A stretch of 53,084 nt of DNA, the filler included, from Stramenopiles sp. TOSAG23-3 (Eukaryota): the NCBI GenBank assembly GCA_900128585.1. It is 4 parts of 4 records of this genome, joined end to end, with 100 filler letters (N's around TTAATTAATTAA, not from the genome) between each part and the next. Parts side by side here need not be neighbours in the genome. Positions count along the whole stretch, not along the records: positions 1 to 24,397 come from LT642304.1; positions 24,498 to 48,827 come from LT642305.1; 2 more parts are not named here. One strand, 5' to 3'. Each line of letters begins with the position of its first letter. Position 1 is the first letter of the stretch. The notes under the pieces are model-generated. The model saw nothing but the letters and a program-made list of their open reading frames with translations. It was not told where the DNA came from and searched no databases. The position numbers were made by a program, and so were the translations under genes. Positions 18,960 to 29,592 of the stretch are shown here, one piece after another.

Positions 18960-20576
18960 ATGCCGCGCTACACTCTCGGGATCGACTCTTCAACTCAGTC
19001 ATGTTCGGGGGTTGTAATTGACTTGGACGAGAATAAAATTGTTATAGAGGCTTCCGTCAACTACGGCAAAGATTTGCCGCAATACAATGCTCCTCATGGA
19101 TTTATTCCGGGATCATCTGTGTCTGGGGAAGTCCATTCAGATCCATGTATGTGGCTTGATGCTTTAGACGTTTTGTTTCAGAAACTTTGTAGTTCCCCCG
19201 ACTGCAACCTCGCACACGTTTGCGCAATTTCAGGCGCTGGGCAACAGCATGGCTCCGTATATTTAAAAAAGGACTGGTGCAATGCGTTAAAAAATTTGAA
19301 TACCGAAAACAATCTATCAAATCAGTTAAAATCGTTCTTTTCACGCTCAACTTCTCCCATTTGGATGGACAGTTCAACAAGCGAGGAATGCAACGAAATT
19401 GCAGCGGCGGTGGGCGGAAACTTCACTGTGTGTTCCAAATCAGGCAGCCAGTCCACCGAAAGGTTCACTGGCCCGCAAATTCGAAAGTTTTATAAAAGTG
19501 AGAAGTCCGACTACGATCAGACCGACCGAATCCATTTAATCAGCTCGTTTCTTTGCAGTGTGCTGGTGGGGTCTGACTGTCCCATTGATACTGGCGATGG
19601 AGCTGGGATGAATTTGGTTAACGTTGGGACGTGGGACTGGGATAACGAATTGCTGGAGGCGACAGCACCCCAGCTTCGACAAAAATTACCAAATGTCGTC
19701 CCAGGGCGCACGCAAGTGGGATGTCTGTCTGATTATTTCGTGAAGAAGTATGGATTCTCTGCCGAAACGAAGGTTGCAGTATTTACAGGCGATAACCCCA
19801 GTAGTCTCATTGGAATGGGGGGAAGTCAACCTGGAAAAATTGTAATATCTCTTGGCACGTCTGACACATTTTTTGCAGCTATTTCAGACTCTGTCGACGC
19901 CGACCCCGACGGGTGCGGACACCTGTTTGGAAACCCTTTCGGGGGCTCAATGTCTCTGCAGTGTTTTATCAACGGGTCGTTGGCAAGGGAAAGTGTTCGG
20001 AATCGGTATGGGTACAGCTGGGGACAGTTTTCTGCTGCACTGGGCAAAACTTCTCCAGGGAACGATGGCAAAATGATGGTCCCTTTTTTTCGTCCAGAAT
20101 GTAGTCCAAATATTTCTCTAAAAAATGGTTGCCCTGTTTTGTTTGGCGGCAACGACGACACCGCAGAAAGCTTTTCCAATTGGAACGATGCCGACGGCGC
20201 CATTCGTGCTTGCATTGAAGGCCAATTTCTAAATATGAAACTTTGCTCTAGTTGGATGAATCTCTGCCCTGAAACCATATACCTTACCGGGGGCGCGTCT
20301 CAAAACAATGAAATAGCGCAGGTGATCGCAGATGTATTCCAGGCTAAGACCGTTAGACTGTCTGTTACAGGATCCGTTGCACTCGGCGGCGCGATTCGCG
20401 CCGCCAATGTGTGCATGGGGTTGTCCCAAACTGACCTAGAATCTGCCTTTTGCCAGCTTGATAGCTCAAGTATCATTGAGCCGCAGCAAGGTTCAAAAGA
20501 GGTTTACGATAGTCTTCTAGCCAAATATGCGAATAAAATGACTGCATTGAAACAACTACAACAACAACAAAAATAA
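18960..20576 (+). CDS. XYLB: Xylulokinase (FGGY carbohydrate kinase family)
   Basis: LGIDSSTQS, SGAGQQHGSVY, SPIWMDSST, ERFTGPQIRK, TGDNPSS, ISLGTSDT, NGSLARE and TGGASQN motifs of XYLB/Xks1-type xylulokinases. Confidence 0.92.
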   Translation: MPRYTLGIDSSTQSCSGVVIDLDENKIVIEASVNYGKDLPQYNAPHGFIPGSSVSGEVHSDPCMWLDALDVLFQKLCSSPDCNLAHVCAISGAGQQHGSVYLKKDWCNALKNLNTENNLSNQLKSFFSRSTSPIWMDSSTSEECNEIAAAVGGNFTVCSKSGSQSTERFTGPQIRKFYKSEKSDYDQTDRIHLISSFLCSVLVGSDCPIDTGDGAGMNLVNVGTWDWDNELLEATAPQLRQKLPNVVPGRTQVGCLSDYFVKKYGFSAETKVAVFTGDNPSSLIGMGGSQPGKIVISLGTSDTFFAAISDSVDADPDGCGHLFGNPFGGSMSLQCFINGSLARESVRNRYGYSWGQFSAALGKTSPGNDGKMMVPFFRPECSPNISLKNGCPVLFGGNDDTAESFSNWNDADGAIRACIEGQFLNMKLCSSWMNLCPETIYLTGGASQNNEIAQVIADVFQAKTVRLSVTGSVALGGAIRAANVCMGLSQTDLESAFCQLDSSSIIEPQQGSKEVYDSLLAKYANKMTALKQLQQQQK

Positions 20577-21104
20577 TTTGAAACAAGTTGACCTATCATT
20601 GTTTATTTAAATACATTTAATAGTACTTAAATAAAACTACTATGTACAATAACACTCGTTGTAAGCAACACGTGAACACGTGAACGTTGAAAAATGGAAT
20701 GCTGCATTGTTAGATCATTTTGTCAATTATATAGACACAGCATAGTTTTCAAAAAAAAACTCCGCCAAAACATTATTGATTTTCTTACTGTGATCATCTT
20801 GTATTCTCTTCTCACTAAACAACAACAAAATCAATGATGAGATGAATACAACAAAACAACAACAAAAACCTTCTTCCTTTTTTTACTTATTTTTTACCAA
20901 GGAGGAGGAAAGGAACTGTGTTCTTTCATGTTTCGAAAGGCCCTTATGTACATCGTCAGCAAACACTTTCTGAAAAATTATTGTTGAAATAACGCAAATT
21001 TAACCTTTCTATATAGTTTAAAGTAAAAAGTAATTTGATTAGCTGTCGACATACTTCAAAAAAGGGCTGTTTCAGTATAAGTACTACCAAGGGTCTTCAG
21101 GGAC

Positions 21105-24100
21105 ATGAACGACACCAGACGAATGGCTTTCGAGCTGGGAAAGGTCGACTTTTCAACGGAATTGAAAAATGCTACAAAGATTAAACGAGCTGCTACGATT
21201 TCAAAGGCGGTTTCAAACGTAACGAACACTCTATGCTTAGGCTTTGGATACAAAAAGATAACACTTGATTTCGGCAACATAGAAGATGAGAGCAATGCAT
21301 ATCAGCAGGAACTAGTGGTTGACAACCCAAACTCAACAAAGAAGCAAATCACGTTTCTTCCAGAGGCGGGGAGGTCCAATGCAGAGTTTACAGTGAGTCC
21401 TAGTGTCCTTACCATTCAAGGTAAGTCAAACGGGAAAATGATTGTTTATTTCAAGCCAAAAGCGTGTAGCAAAGCATTTTTTTATGGTAAAGTTAGTTTC
21501 AAAGTGAGCGGAATGAGCATACCGGTAGAAGTCAAGGCCGTTGCAAAATTTTCCCACCGCGCTCGGGCGCTAAAATCTGCAAATTCTCGTGATACGAAGA
21601 GTGCAAGAGGCCTGGAGTCCCGCAAAAAGGTTTCGAAAACGAAACAAAAAAATAGTAAAGCATTTTCTGGGATTAATTCTGTAAAAGTGAAGACAAATGG
21701 GGCGTTTAACTTCGACATAACCCCGTCCCCAAAGAAATGTACTAGTAATAGTTTGAACTCGCAGAGATGCAGTACTCAAACCGATGAAAAGCTGATGAAA
21801 ATACTGAGTGGCCCAGTAGGAATCCCGCCGAAACAAAGCATACCATTAACCAAACCTGTTTGTCCTTCCGCAAAACGAAAGGACGAAAAATTGCTGAAAA
21901 TATTAAATGGGCCGGTAGGAATCCCTTTTATCAAATCAAAACCATCAACAACCCCAGTATCTTTTCATTTCGGTCAGTCATCGAAAACAAAACTTTCTGA
22001 AAACGTCAATGCCACTGACGAAAATTATGAGAAAAACAACACGGTGAAACAATCAAATTGGAAACGCGAGATTAAGAACTTACGTAAAGAGAATATTGCA
22101 AGGCATCAAACAGAAATAATTAACAGTAAGAGCCTATCTATCCGTGAAAAAACATTTATTGAAGAAAAATCTTCCTTCGATAAGGTGGGTAAATTAAGAG
22201 GAGGTTCGCTAAGAACTAAGAATGTAAGGAAAGCAACACCCAAATATGACGGTGGAAACTACAAGGCCCGGAAAGTGCTATACGACGAGCACTGGGCTGA
22301 AAAACAAATGCAAGGGTTTACGATATGGCTAAACCATGTATTCTACCCCGCCGAAGACCCATTGTCGGACGGCAAGAACATTGTCAGTGCGCCAGGCGGG
22401 GGAACAAAGCCGATGGCGGTGGACCATTTCCGAATTCTTTTGCAAAAGCAAAAACAAGCTAAGATTCGACGAGCGGCCTTTCAGTTGCTCCATAGTTCTG
22501 GCATTGGGAGAGTGTGCTTTTTGATTGACAAAGAAGTTGCAGAAAAGAAACTTCGGGTGCGAACAGACCGAGAACTACATGCAGACTTGGGTATTAGGGG
22601 GGAAATAGTCGCTATGGTTATGTCGTATAACCCTGTTTGGCTTCGAATAGGCTTTGAGTCAGTGTACGGGGAAATTATCCCTATGGGTGAACGCTCAAAA
22701 GCTGACGCTGGAAGAAGAGTTTTAAAGCAATTTATTATTCGACGTCTACTTCAAGATCCAGACTTGTCAGAAAAATTTAAAACCTCCAAACAAGGTGTTT
22801 TCGGCAAAGGCTACCAAGAGTCCACAAGGAAGTTTACCCTTCGTCAATACTTGAAATTAGTGCTCTTTCTTGATAAGGCAAAAGAAGAAAATATTTTGGA
22901 AAATGGTCCGTGCTTATTTTCCATTACTTCGAAAATTAAATCTAGCGCAGAAATGGTTACAATATTTGCAAAAAAATTTCTTAGTGGTGAAGGGGATGTG
23001 CTGAGGCACTTGTCCCTTCTCGGTTGCACTTTAGGCTACAAGCAGACGAAGCTAGATGAGTTTGATTACAAAGTTAATAACATTGCGAGTGATTTGCGCG
23101 ACGGTGTAAGACTCTGTCGCCTTGTTGACGTCTTGGTCAACAATAAAGAGCATCAACTATCAAGAAAGTTAAGAGTGCCGGCAAACTCATTGTTGCAAAA
23201 GAAACATAATGTCAAATTGGCATTGGATAAGCTGAGATCTTATGGAATTTTGCTGACTAGAAAATCCGTTCGGGGATCATACAAGATCGAAGCCCGGGAT
23301 ATCGTGCGAGCCCATAAAGAGAACACTTTAGAAATTTTGTGGAAAATTATGGCACACTTTCAGCTCAAAAATCTTTTACCTCGTGATAAGCTAAGGCAGG
23401 AAATTGATAGTATTAAAGCTGCAATGACCACAAAAAGTCTCAAGTTTTTTTCACTTCAACAGCAACAAGATGATTCGATTTCAGATTTTCCGCCTTTCGC
23501 TGTTTTGTTAAAAAAATGGGCTCGATCTGTATGTTCGCAATACGAAATCCCAGTATATGACTTCACAAACTCTTTTGCAGATGGTAGGGCTCTGTGCGCG
23601 ATTGTAAATTTCTATCATCCAGAACTGCTACCCGAGGCTTCCATCTCCAGCACTAGCGCATCGATAGGCGGAGTTCGATCGTTTTATGAAAAGGCAAACA
23701 ATGACCGGTGGCTTTCCGAAAAAGAGGTTAGTCAACAAAATGCAAAAGAACAATACTTTGCTGCAATTGAAGGCGAGAGGCAGAATTTTTTGGCCTTCAA
23801 TCATGCGATTGACTGTTTGGGGTCTGTCCCTGCGATGCTGACTGGAAAGTTTTGCACTGAAAATTTACCCGAAGAAAAATCAGTTATGGCATGCCTTGGG
23901 TTCTTATGTGGAAGAGTGATAGAATCATCAAAAGAAATAAGAGCCGCTGTAAAACTGCAAGCTGTATGGAGGCGGTACTCTAATAATAAAGATTCTCGGC
24001 GACGAAAAAATGCTGCGCTTTTAATTAATAGGACAATTCAGTCCTACATTTCTAAATGTCACCATCAAAGGTTTGTAAAATGCGTAATTTCGCTGCAAAG

Positions 24101-24397
24101 ACGGTTTAAATGTCGATCGTATATGCTCTCACTGCGAAAAAAGGTTAATGCCCTTATTTGTATTCAGTCACTATTTAGAATGCAACTTGCTAAAACCAAT
24201 TTCTTCGCTTTAGTGGAGCTGAACCAACAAAAAAATAAGGCAGCAAGGTCCATTCAAAGCATTGCACGCATGAAAATTGCGTACATTTTCGTAGATAGAT
24301 TACGAAAAGAATCGTACCGTGCTGCAACACGTATCCAAACGTTAGTACGTATGGTGCAATCTCGGTCTCGTTTTAAGAATGTCAAAGGTGCATGCAT
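21105..24397 (+). CDS. ASPM: Abnormal spindle protein (Asp/ASPM) homolog, 3'-truncated by the contig end
   Basis: N-terminal ASH-like Ig-fold region; YDEHWAEKQ..GFTIWLN; SYNPVWLRIGFESVYGE; CH domains (DLRDGVRLCRLV; DFTNSFADGRALCAIVNFYHP); IQ repeats (LQAVWR, IQSLFR, IQSIAR, IQTLVR) running into the N gap. Confidence 0.92.
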
Positions 24398-24497
24398 NNN
24401 NNNNNNNNNNNNNNNNNNNNNNNNNNNNNNNNNNNNNNNNNTTAATTAATTAANNNNNNNNNNNNNNNNNNNNNNNNNNNNNNNNNNNNNNNNNNNN
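24398..24497. other. Artificial contig-joining linker (N44-TTAATTAATTAA-N44)
   Basis: Exactly 100 nt with a central 12-mer giving stops in all six frames; identical to the two other linkers. Confidence 0.98.
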
Positions 24498-25575
24498 TTC
24501 TTTGATTTTCTGCCTTTTGAATCCCTTCCTTCTTCCCGGACTCTGCCTTTTTCCTTTGTTCGGCGGCGTGCTGCTTACGGCGCTGTTCGCCACCTTTATT
24601 GTGTTTTAAAGATTCACGCTTGTCTACTTTCAACAAGGCATTCGTGGACATTAAACGCATAAGAGTAAAACCTTTCTTCGTATCGTCGTCGTCGTCATTA
24701 TCGTCGCCGTTGTCATCGTTGTCGTCGTTGTCGTCGTTGTCGTCGTCGTCGTCCGTGATATTGAGACCCGTCACCCCACCGCTGGTTTCTGCGGTGTCCC
24801 TCTCCTCTTCATCATCGTCATCGTCATCGTTCTCTTCGCCTTTTCCGCTAGTCAAGTTGCTTGCTTTCATAAATTGGAATAACTTATTGGCACTTTTCTT
24901 CCCGTTGTCGTCGTCGTCGTCGTCCTCCTCCTCCTCCTCCTCCTCGGCGGCGGCGTCTGTAATATTGAGACCCGCCACCGGGGCATCATCATCATCTTCG
25001 TCGTCGTCCACTGTTTCGTCGTCGTTGTCGTCGTCGCCGTCGTCGTCGTCGTCCTCCTCGGCGGCGGCGGCGGCGTCTGTAATATTGAGACCCGCCACCG
25101 GGGCATCATCATCATCTTCGTCGTCGTCCACTGTTTCTAGCTTCGTAAAGGTTTCTAGCAACACAGCAAGCCCTGAAGCTCTCTTTCCTGCATTCGCACA
25201 CTTTCTTGTGTCGCTAACTGTTAGCGGAGACACAAGTTCGTTCGTTACCTGGTAAGCTGGTATGATTTTCTCGACTCGAACGCCATTCTTTCTCTTGAGG
25301 ATACGTTTCACAGTGGCAGGGCTTTTGACACTATGGTCCCCACTTGCTCTTTTTTTGGCCATTGCCCTTCTCAGGTATCCCGGATTTTTTTCAGATAGGG
25401 TCTTCTTGAGCTCAAGAAAGTTCGTGTTTAACGCCGTTGTGTGTTGTCCCGCTCGAACTTTAAGGCGTTCCCATATCGTCGGGGTGTCGTTGTCGTTTGG
25501 GTCTGGTTGCGCACACGACGCTGGCTGGAGAACGGCAACAACAAGGCAAACCACTGCAAACTGAAAGTTCACCAT
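24498..25575 (-). CDS. Secreted Asp/Glu-rich low-complexity repeat protein, 3'-truncated
   Basis: ATG 25575; signal-peptide-like MVNFQFAVVCLVVAVLQPASCA; poly-D/E tracts; repeated GLNITD; open frame to the contig edge. Confidence 0.75.
24945..25137. repeat. Intragenic direct repeat with a 120-nt period (identical 73-nt cores at 24945-25017 and 25065-25137)
   Basis: cggcggcggcgtctgtaatattgagacccgccaccggggcatcatcatcatcttcgtcgtcgtccactgtttc occurs twice and encodes ETVDDDEDDDDAPVAGLNITDAAA. Confidence 0.95.
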
Positions 25576-26451
25576 TCGAAATTACTTTATGCTTTTGTGC
25601 CAAAAATATCTAAGCAGCGTATGATGCTGACTTACTACTTAATTTTTTGTCGAAACAACGTACCTTGCTTCCTTTAAAACAATTGTTAGTGCACAATTGC
25701 GGTTATCTCGTGCCGCCCTGGACTTTTGACTGGGCTCAAAAAAGTTGGGCATCTCTTTTTATTGCCTTATTACATTGTAGTATTACTATTAGAGCCTCAA
25801 TACCTGTACCGTACTCTACTCACTTCGGTCAATTCCTGTATTATACCAGGTAGGTACGTACCTGGTACCATTCCAATTAGCGTTTATCCCATTTATTTAT
25901 CTTTTCCCCCCCCCCCCCTTTTTTTTCCAGTTTTTTTGCAGGAAGAAGAACAACAACTTCAATGGCTTCGTTGTTTGATACATTAAGGTATTTAATAATT
26001 GTCATTTTGTTATTTTTCGCATATTGTTTTAAAAAATATGTACTAAGTAAAATATAAATATCCTTTATGAATCATGGATGTTTACGTGATGTGCCTTAAT
26101 TTTAGATACATGTTATGAATACTGTGTACCTGTTGTTCCTGCTGTTTATTTAAAGGTGATTAAATAGGTCTAAAAAAAATGTATTTATTTTTGCACTTCC
26201 TCGACTCTTTCCGCTTTCCAATGTTGTTCCCCTGCTGTGCTTTTATGGTATTTAAAGCCTCAACTATCTGCACAGACAAAGGAAAAAGGACTGGAAACGA
26301 AGTCGTCATGTAATGTGCATTACTAAGTTCTTACACTTAAATAATTACAAAAGTAAACGCATGTGTTCGATGGACAAAACTTTTGTTTCACACCAATTTC
26401 CCATTCATTGCGAAAATAAACATAACACACGTTACCTCAACATTATCTCCG

Positions 26452-27549
26452 ATGAATTCGAATACGAACCCTTTGCGATCACCACCACCAAACGGTGGTG
26501 GCGAGGAGGCGCCAAAGCAGCTGGAGGCTTCCCGCTCGCGTAATGGGAGTGTGGGTGTAAAACTGGAAAAGGTATCTAAGAGCGATCGTCGGAAAAACTA
26601 TAAGCGTGGGAGCATCGTGGACCGATATCGCCGTGCGAGTGCCTTCGACGTTATTGTCAAAGACGTGAGCGAGAAAACAGACACTGGCGGTAGTGGCGAC
26701 AGAATCCAGAAAATTCAATCAGCCCAAAAGTTCGGACTAAGCCAAGACCACCGTGCACGAATGATTGCGTTTGAGAAAGCCGCGGAAAAAATTAGGCATT
26801 CGGAGCGAGAGACCAGGATGTCCGAAGATGGCGAAAAAATGGAGGAAGACGAAGACGAGTGGATCATGAACCCTTACTGCGTCGCATCGATGCCAGAGGA
26901 CATTCGCCGGGGGTTCCTCCGGAAAGTATTTGGGATTGTACTGATACAGCTCGTCCTGATGGCTATATGCATTTCTGTGATAAAATATTCTGGTCTTGGA
27001 GATTTAATAGACTCCTTCTACTGGTTTGTTCTTGTCGCCTATTTGAGCCCGTACGTCGCCGTGGGTATTCTCATGGCTGTGCGAAAGCAAGCCCCATGGA
27101 ACATGCTGGCGTTTTCATTGTTTACCATATCCCTATCTCTCTTGATTGGAATGGTGTGCTACTACCTGCCAGGGATCATTGTATTTATAGCCATGGGCGG
27201 CGTTATTTTCCAGACCAGTGCCATCATGGCCTATACTATCCGGCCGATGGAAAAGTTTACCTTCGCAAACGTCTCGTTGCTAATACTGATGATCGGCGCA
27301 ACGACGTCCTTTGTGTGCTGGTGCATAAGTCCAAACCAACCATTCATGGCGTATTTCTGGCCAGGATTTGCGAGCATGATCTTTGGTTTCTGGATGATCT
27401 GGGACGTTGTAGCCATCCAGATTGACCTGACGCCCGATGAGTACATTATTGGGGCGGTCGACATCTATCTTGACATAATTAACTTGATAATTTGGCTCCT
27501 TATATGTTGCCTTTACTGCTTAGAAGCGGTCGGCAAGGTTGCCCACTAA
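26452..27549 (+). CDS. Bax inhibitor-1/TMBIM (lifeguard-like) membrane protein
   Basis: IRRGFLRKVFGIVLIQL at the start of the membrane domain, about 7 hydrophobic segments, C-terminal LTPDEYIIGAVDIYLDIINL. First in-frame ATG is 26452. Confidence 0.9.
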   Translation: MNSNTNPLRSPPPNGGGEEAPKQLEASRSRNGSVGVKLEKVSKSDRRKNYKRGSIVDRYRRASAFDVIVKDVSEKTDTGGSGDRIQKIQSAQKFGLSQDHRARMIAFEKAAEKIRHSERETRMSEDGEKMEEDEDEWIMNPYCVASMPEDIRRGFLRKVFGIVLIQLVLMAICISVIKYSGLGDLIDSFYWFVLVAYLSPYVAVGILMAVRKQAPWNMLAFSLFTISLSLLIGMVCYYLPGIIVFIAMGGVIFQTSAIMAYTIRPMEKFTFANVSLLILMIGATTSFVCWCISPNQPFMAYFWPGFASMIFGFWMIWDVVAIQIDLTPDEYIIGAVDIYLDIINLIIWLLICCLYCLEAVGKVAH

Positions 27550-27810
27550 ATTTCAGCGGGGTCGCCTGGAGAGAACGGGCAGTAGTGTGGCTGGATTACA
27601 CAAGGCGGCTTTTACAAAAAATAATTCAAATAAAACAAACGCGGTATCATATCATAAAAACAAGAAAATTGGCTGTTATCTTAAGACAAATTATATATAG
27701 TATGTTTTAAGTCCAAAAAGAAAAGAAAAAAGAAGGTAAAACCGTTGGCTGTTATCTTATAGTATGAAAAACAAATTATATAGTATGTTTTCTTATAAGT
27801 ATGATAATTG

Positions 27811-27854
27811 GGGTTGGATTTGAATTAGTAATTGATTTAAAATGAGAGTCTTAA
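27811..27854 (+). repeat. Dispersed 44-nt intergenic repeat, copy 1
   Basis: gggttggatttgaattagtaattgatttaaaatgagagtcttaa; 41/44 identical to 42309-42352. Confidence 0.85.
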
Positions 27855-28032
27855 AACATATGCTTATCATATGTTACTAAATAATTTGTTTTTTTATTAA
27901 AATTAAAGAAAAAAGAAGGTGTCAGTTCAAGATCAATATCTCCTCCAATTGCAGATCCTCCCCAAGTTCTGGTCAAGATTCCAATTGGCATAAATGTTTT
28001 AAAGGGGCTCGTTGTCTGTCATATTAATTAAA

Positions 28033-28090
28033 ATGCGTGTGGTGATGCGTGCGTGTGGTGATGCGTGCGTGTGGTGATGCGTGCGTGCGT
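28033..28090. repeat. Short minisatellite, 16-nt unit (atgcgtgcgtgtggtg), about 3.5 copies
   Basis: Tandem units read directly in the convergent intergenic region between the BI-1 and CK1 genes. Confidence 0.9.
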
Positions 28091-28287
28091 TTTCAAAAGT
28101 TATCGTAGGACCCGACAGGCCTTTTTGCGCACCTAAAAATCATTTTTAATAATTACTTAAATAACAGCCAATTTTCTTGTTTTTAAAAATCATTAAAAAA
28201 TGGTGTATGGATTAAGTTAAAGTCTCACTTAAGTTCTGACGAAACTTTCTCACGCCTAAAGTTTCCCCACCGTTCACACCTTGCTTT

Positions 28288-29592
28288 TTACGATTTACTG
28301 TATGCACGATGCCCACCCCCATCACCGGATCTGCGTCTATTGGATGTTGGTACTTTGTCTTTAACCCTGCTGCTGGAGGCAACCTTTCGGTCCCCATCTC
28401 GGGCACTTCTAGAACTTCTTACTCGGCTATCGGAAACTCTCAGCTCGGAAGTCCGTTTGGACAAGTCACCGCCGCCGTTTCCGGACGACCGCCTCCTCGA
28501 GCTCGACTCCCGAGGCTTATCGCCGGTGAGACGAGATCGACTCCGACGGCTTGCTTCGCGGTCCCCGGCCCCGTCGCCTTTTCCGGAAGACTTAACGCGC
28601 TTGCCGCTTTCGTTTCTACTACTGGATCGTGACGCCTGCTGCTGGTACTTCAGTATAGTCCAGTCAAATACGTTGTCGTACGTAAAATTTTCGCGAAAGC
28701 AGAGTTCCTTCAACAATCGTTTCACGTAACTATAATCGGGCTTTTCCTCGAAGCGAAGCGATCGGCAATAACTGATGTACATTTTAAACTCGTCGGGGAA
28801 TCCTTTGCATAGGTCGTCGATCGTCACTGACATCTTCTTCTCACTGATCCGTTGGTACTTTTGCTTTTTCGTGTTGGCCCTCAGGCCTTGCCAGGGTAGG
28901 CTGCCCCTGTTAAAGTACATGAGCACGTACCCAAGAGACTCCAAATCATCGCGGCGACTTTGTTCGATCCCTAAGTGCGTGTTAATCGACGCGTAACGGG
29001 CCGTGCCCGTCAAACTCTTCTTGTCGCGATAGGGTATGTGTTGGTGCGTTTTCGGATCGCGGTACTTCTTCGCGAGGCCAAAGTCGATCATGTAAACCTG
29101 CCCGGCGCGTTTCCCGAGCCCCATCAAGAAATTGTCCGGCTTGATATCGCGGTGAATAAAGCTTTTGCTGTGTAAAAATTCGACGCGGGACAAGAGTTGG
29201 TCGGCCAGCATAAGAACCGTCTTCAAACTGAACTTTCGGCCGCAGTAACTGAACAAATCCTCAAGGCTTGGTCCTAGAAGATCCATTACCATGACGTTGT
29301 AGTCCCCCTCTTGCCCATACCAGCGAATGTGGGGAATCCCGAGCCCGCCCGTCAACAACCTGTATATCTTGCTCTCGTACAACAGTTGCGGGTGCCTCGT
29401 CTTCACGCTTTCTAGCTTGATTGCCACCTCGCAGCCATCTTCAATATTGGTTCCTAAATAGATATCCCCAAACGAACCACTCCCTATTTTTTTCCCTAGC
29501 CTGTACTTTTGACCCACGCGAAGCTCCATGGAACGCCTCGAACTGCTGGATCTCGACTTGGATTTGTCCGTTGCTTTCGCTTTTGAAGTCAT
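28288..29592 (-). CDS. CK1: Casein kinase 1 (delta/epsilon-like)
   Basis: [78 protein letters not shown]; Ser/Arg-rich tail. Start at ATG 29592 or 29529. Confidence 0.98.
   Translation of the reverse strand: MTSKAKATDKSKSRSSSSRRSMELRVGQKYRLGKKIGSGSFGDIYLGTNIEDGCEVAIKLESVKTRHPQLLYESKIYRLLTGGLGIPHIRWYGQEGDYNVMVMDLLGPSLEDLFSYCGRKFSLKTVLMLADQLLSRVEFLHSKSFIHRDIKPDNFLMGLGKRAGQVYMIDFGLAKKYRDPKTHQHIPYRDKKSLTGTARYASINTHLGIEQSRRDDLESLGYVLMYFNRGSLPWQGLRANTKKQKYQRISEKKMSVTIDDLCKGFPDEFKMYISYCRSLRFEEKPDYSYVKRLLKELCFRENFTYDNVFDWTILKYQQQASRSSSRNESGKRVKSSGKGDGAGDREASRRSRSRLTGDKPRESSSRRRSSGNGGGDLSKRTSELRVSDSRVRSSRSARDGDRKVASSSRVKDKVPTSNRRRSGDGGGHRAYSKS

Noticed and set aside
24398..24497. TTAATTAATTAA flanked by N runs, three times, as a biological repeat or transposon target site
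   Set aside because: The identical 100-nt construct with six-frame stops is an assembly concatenation linker.
24599..25255. 218-aa poly-Ser ORF on the + strand
   Set aside because: Antisense shadow of the GAC/GAT/GAG repeats of the acidic secreted protein.
28033..28090. 16-nt repeats as a CRISPR array or telomeric seed
   Set aside because: The units are directly tandem with no spacers, there are no cas genes, and the context is eukaryotic; it is a simple minisatellite.
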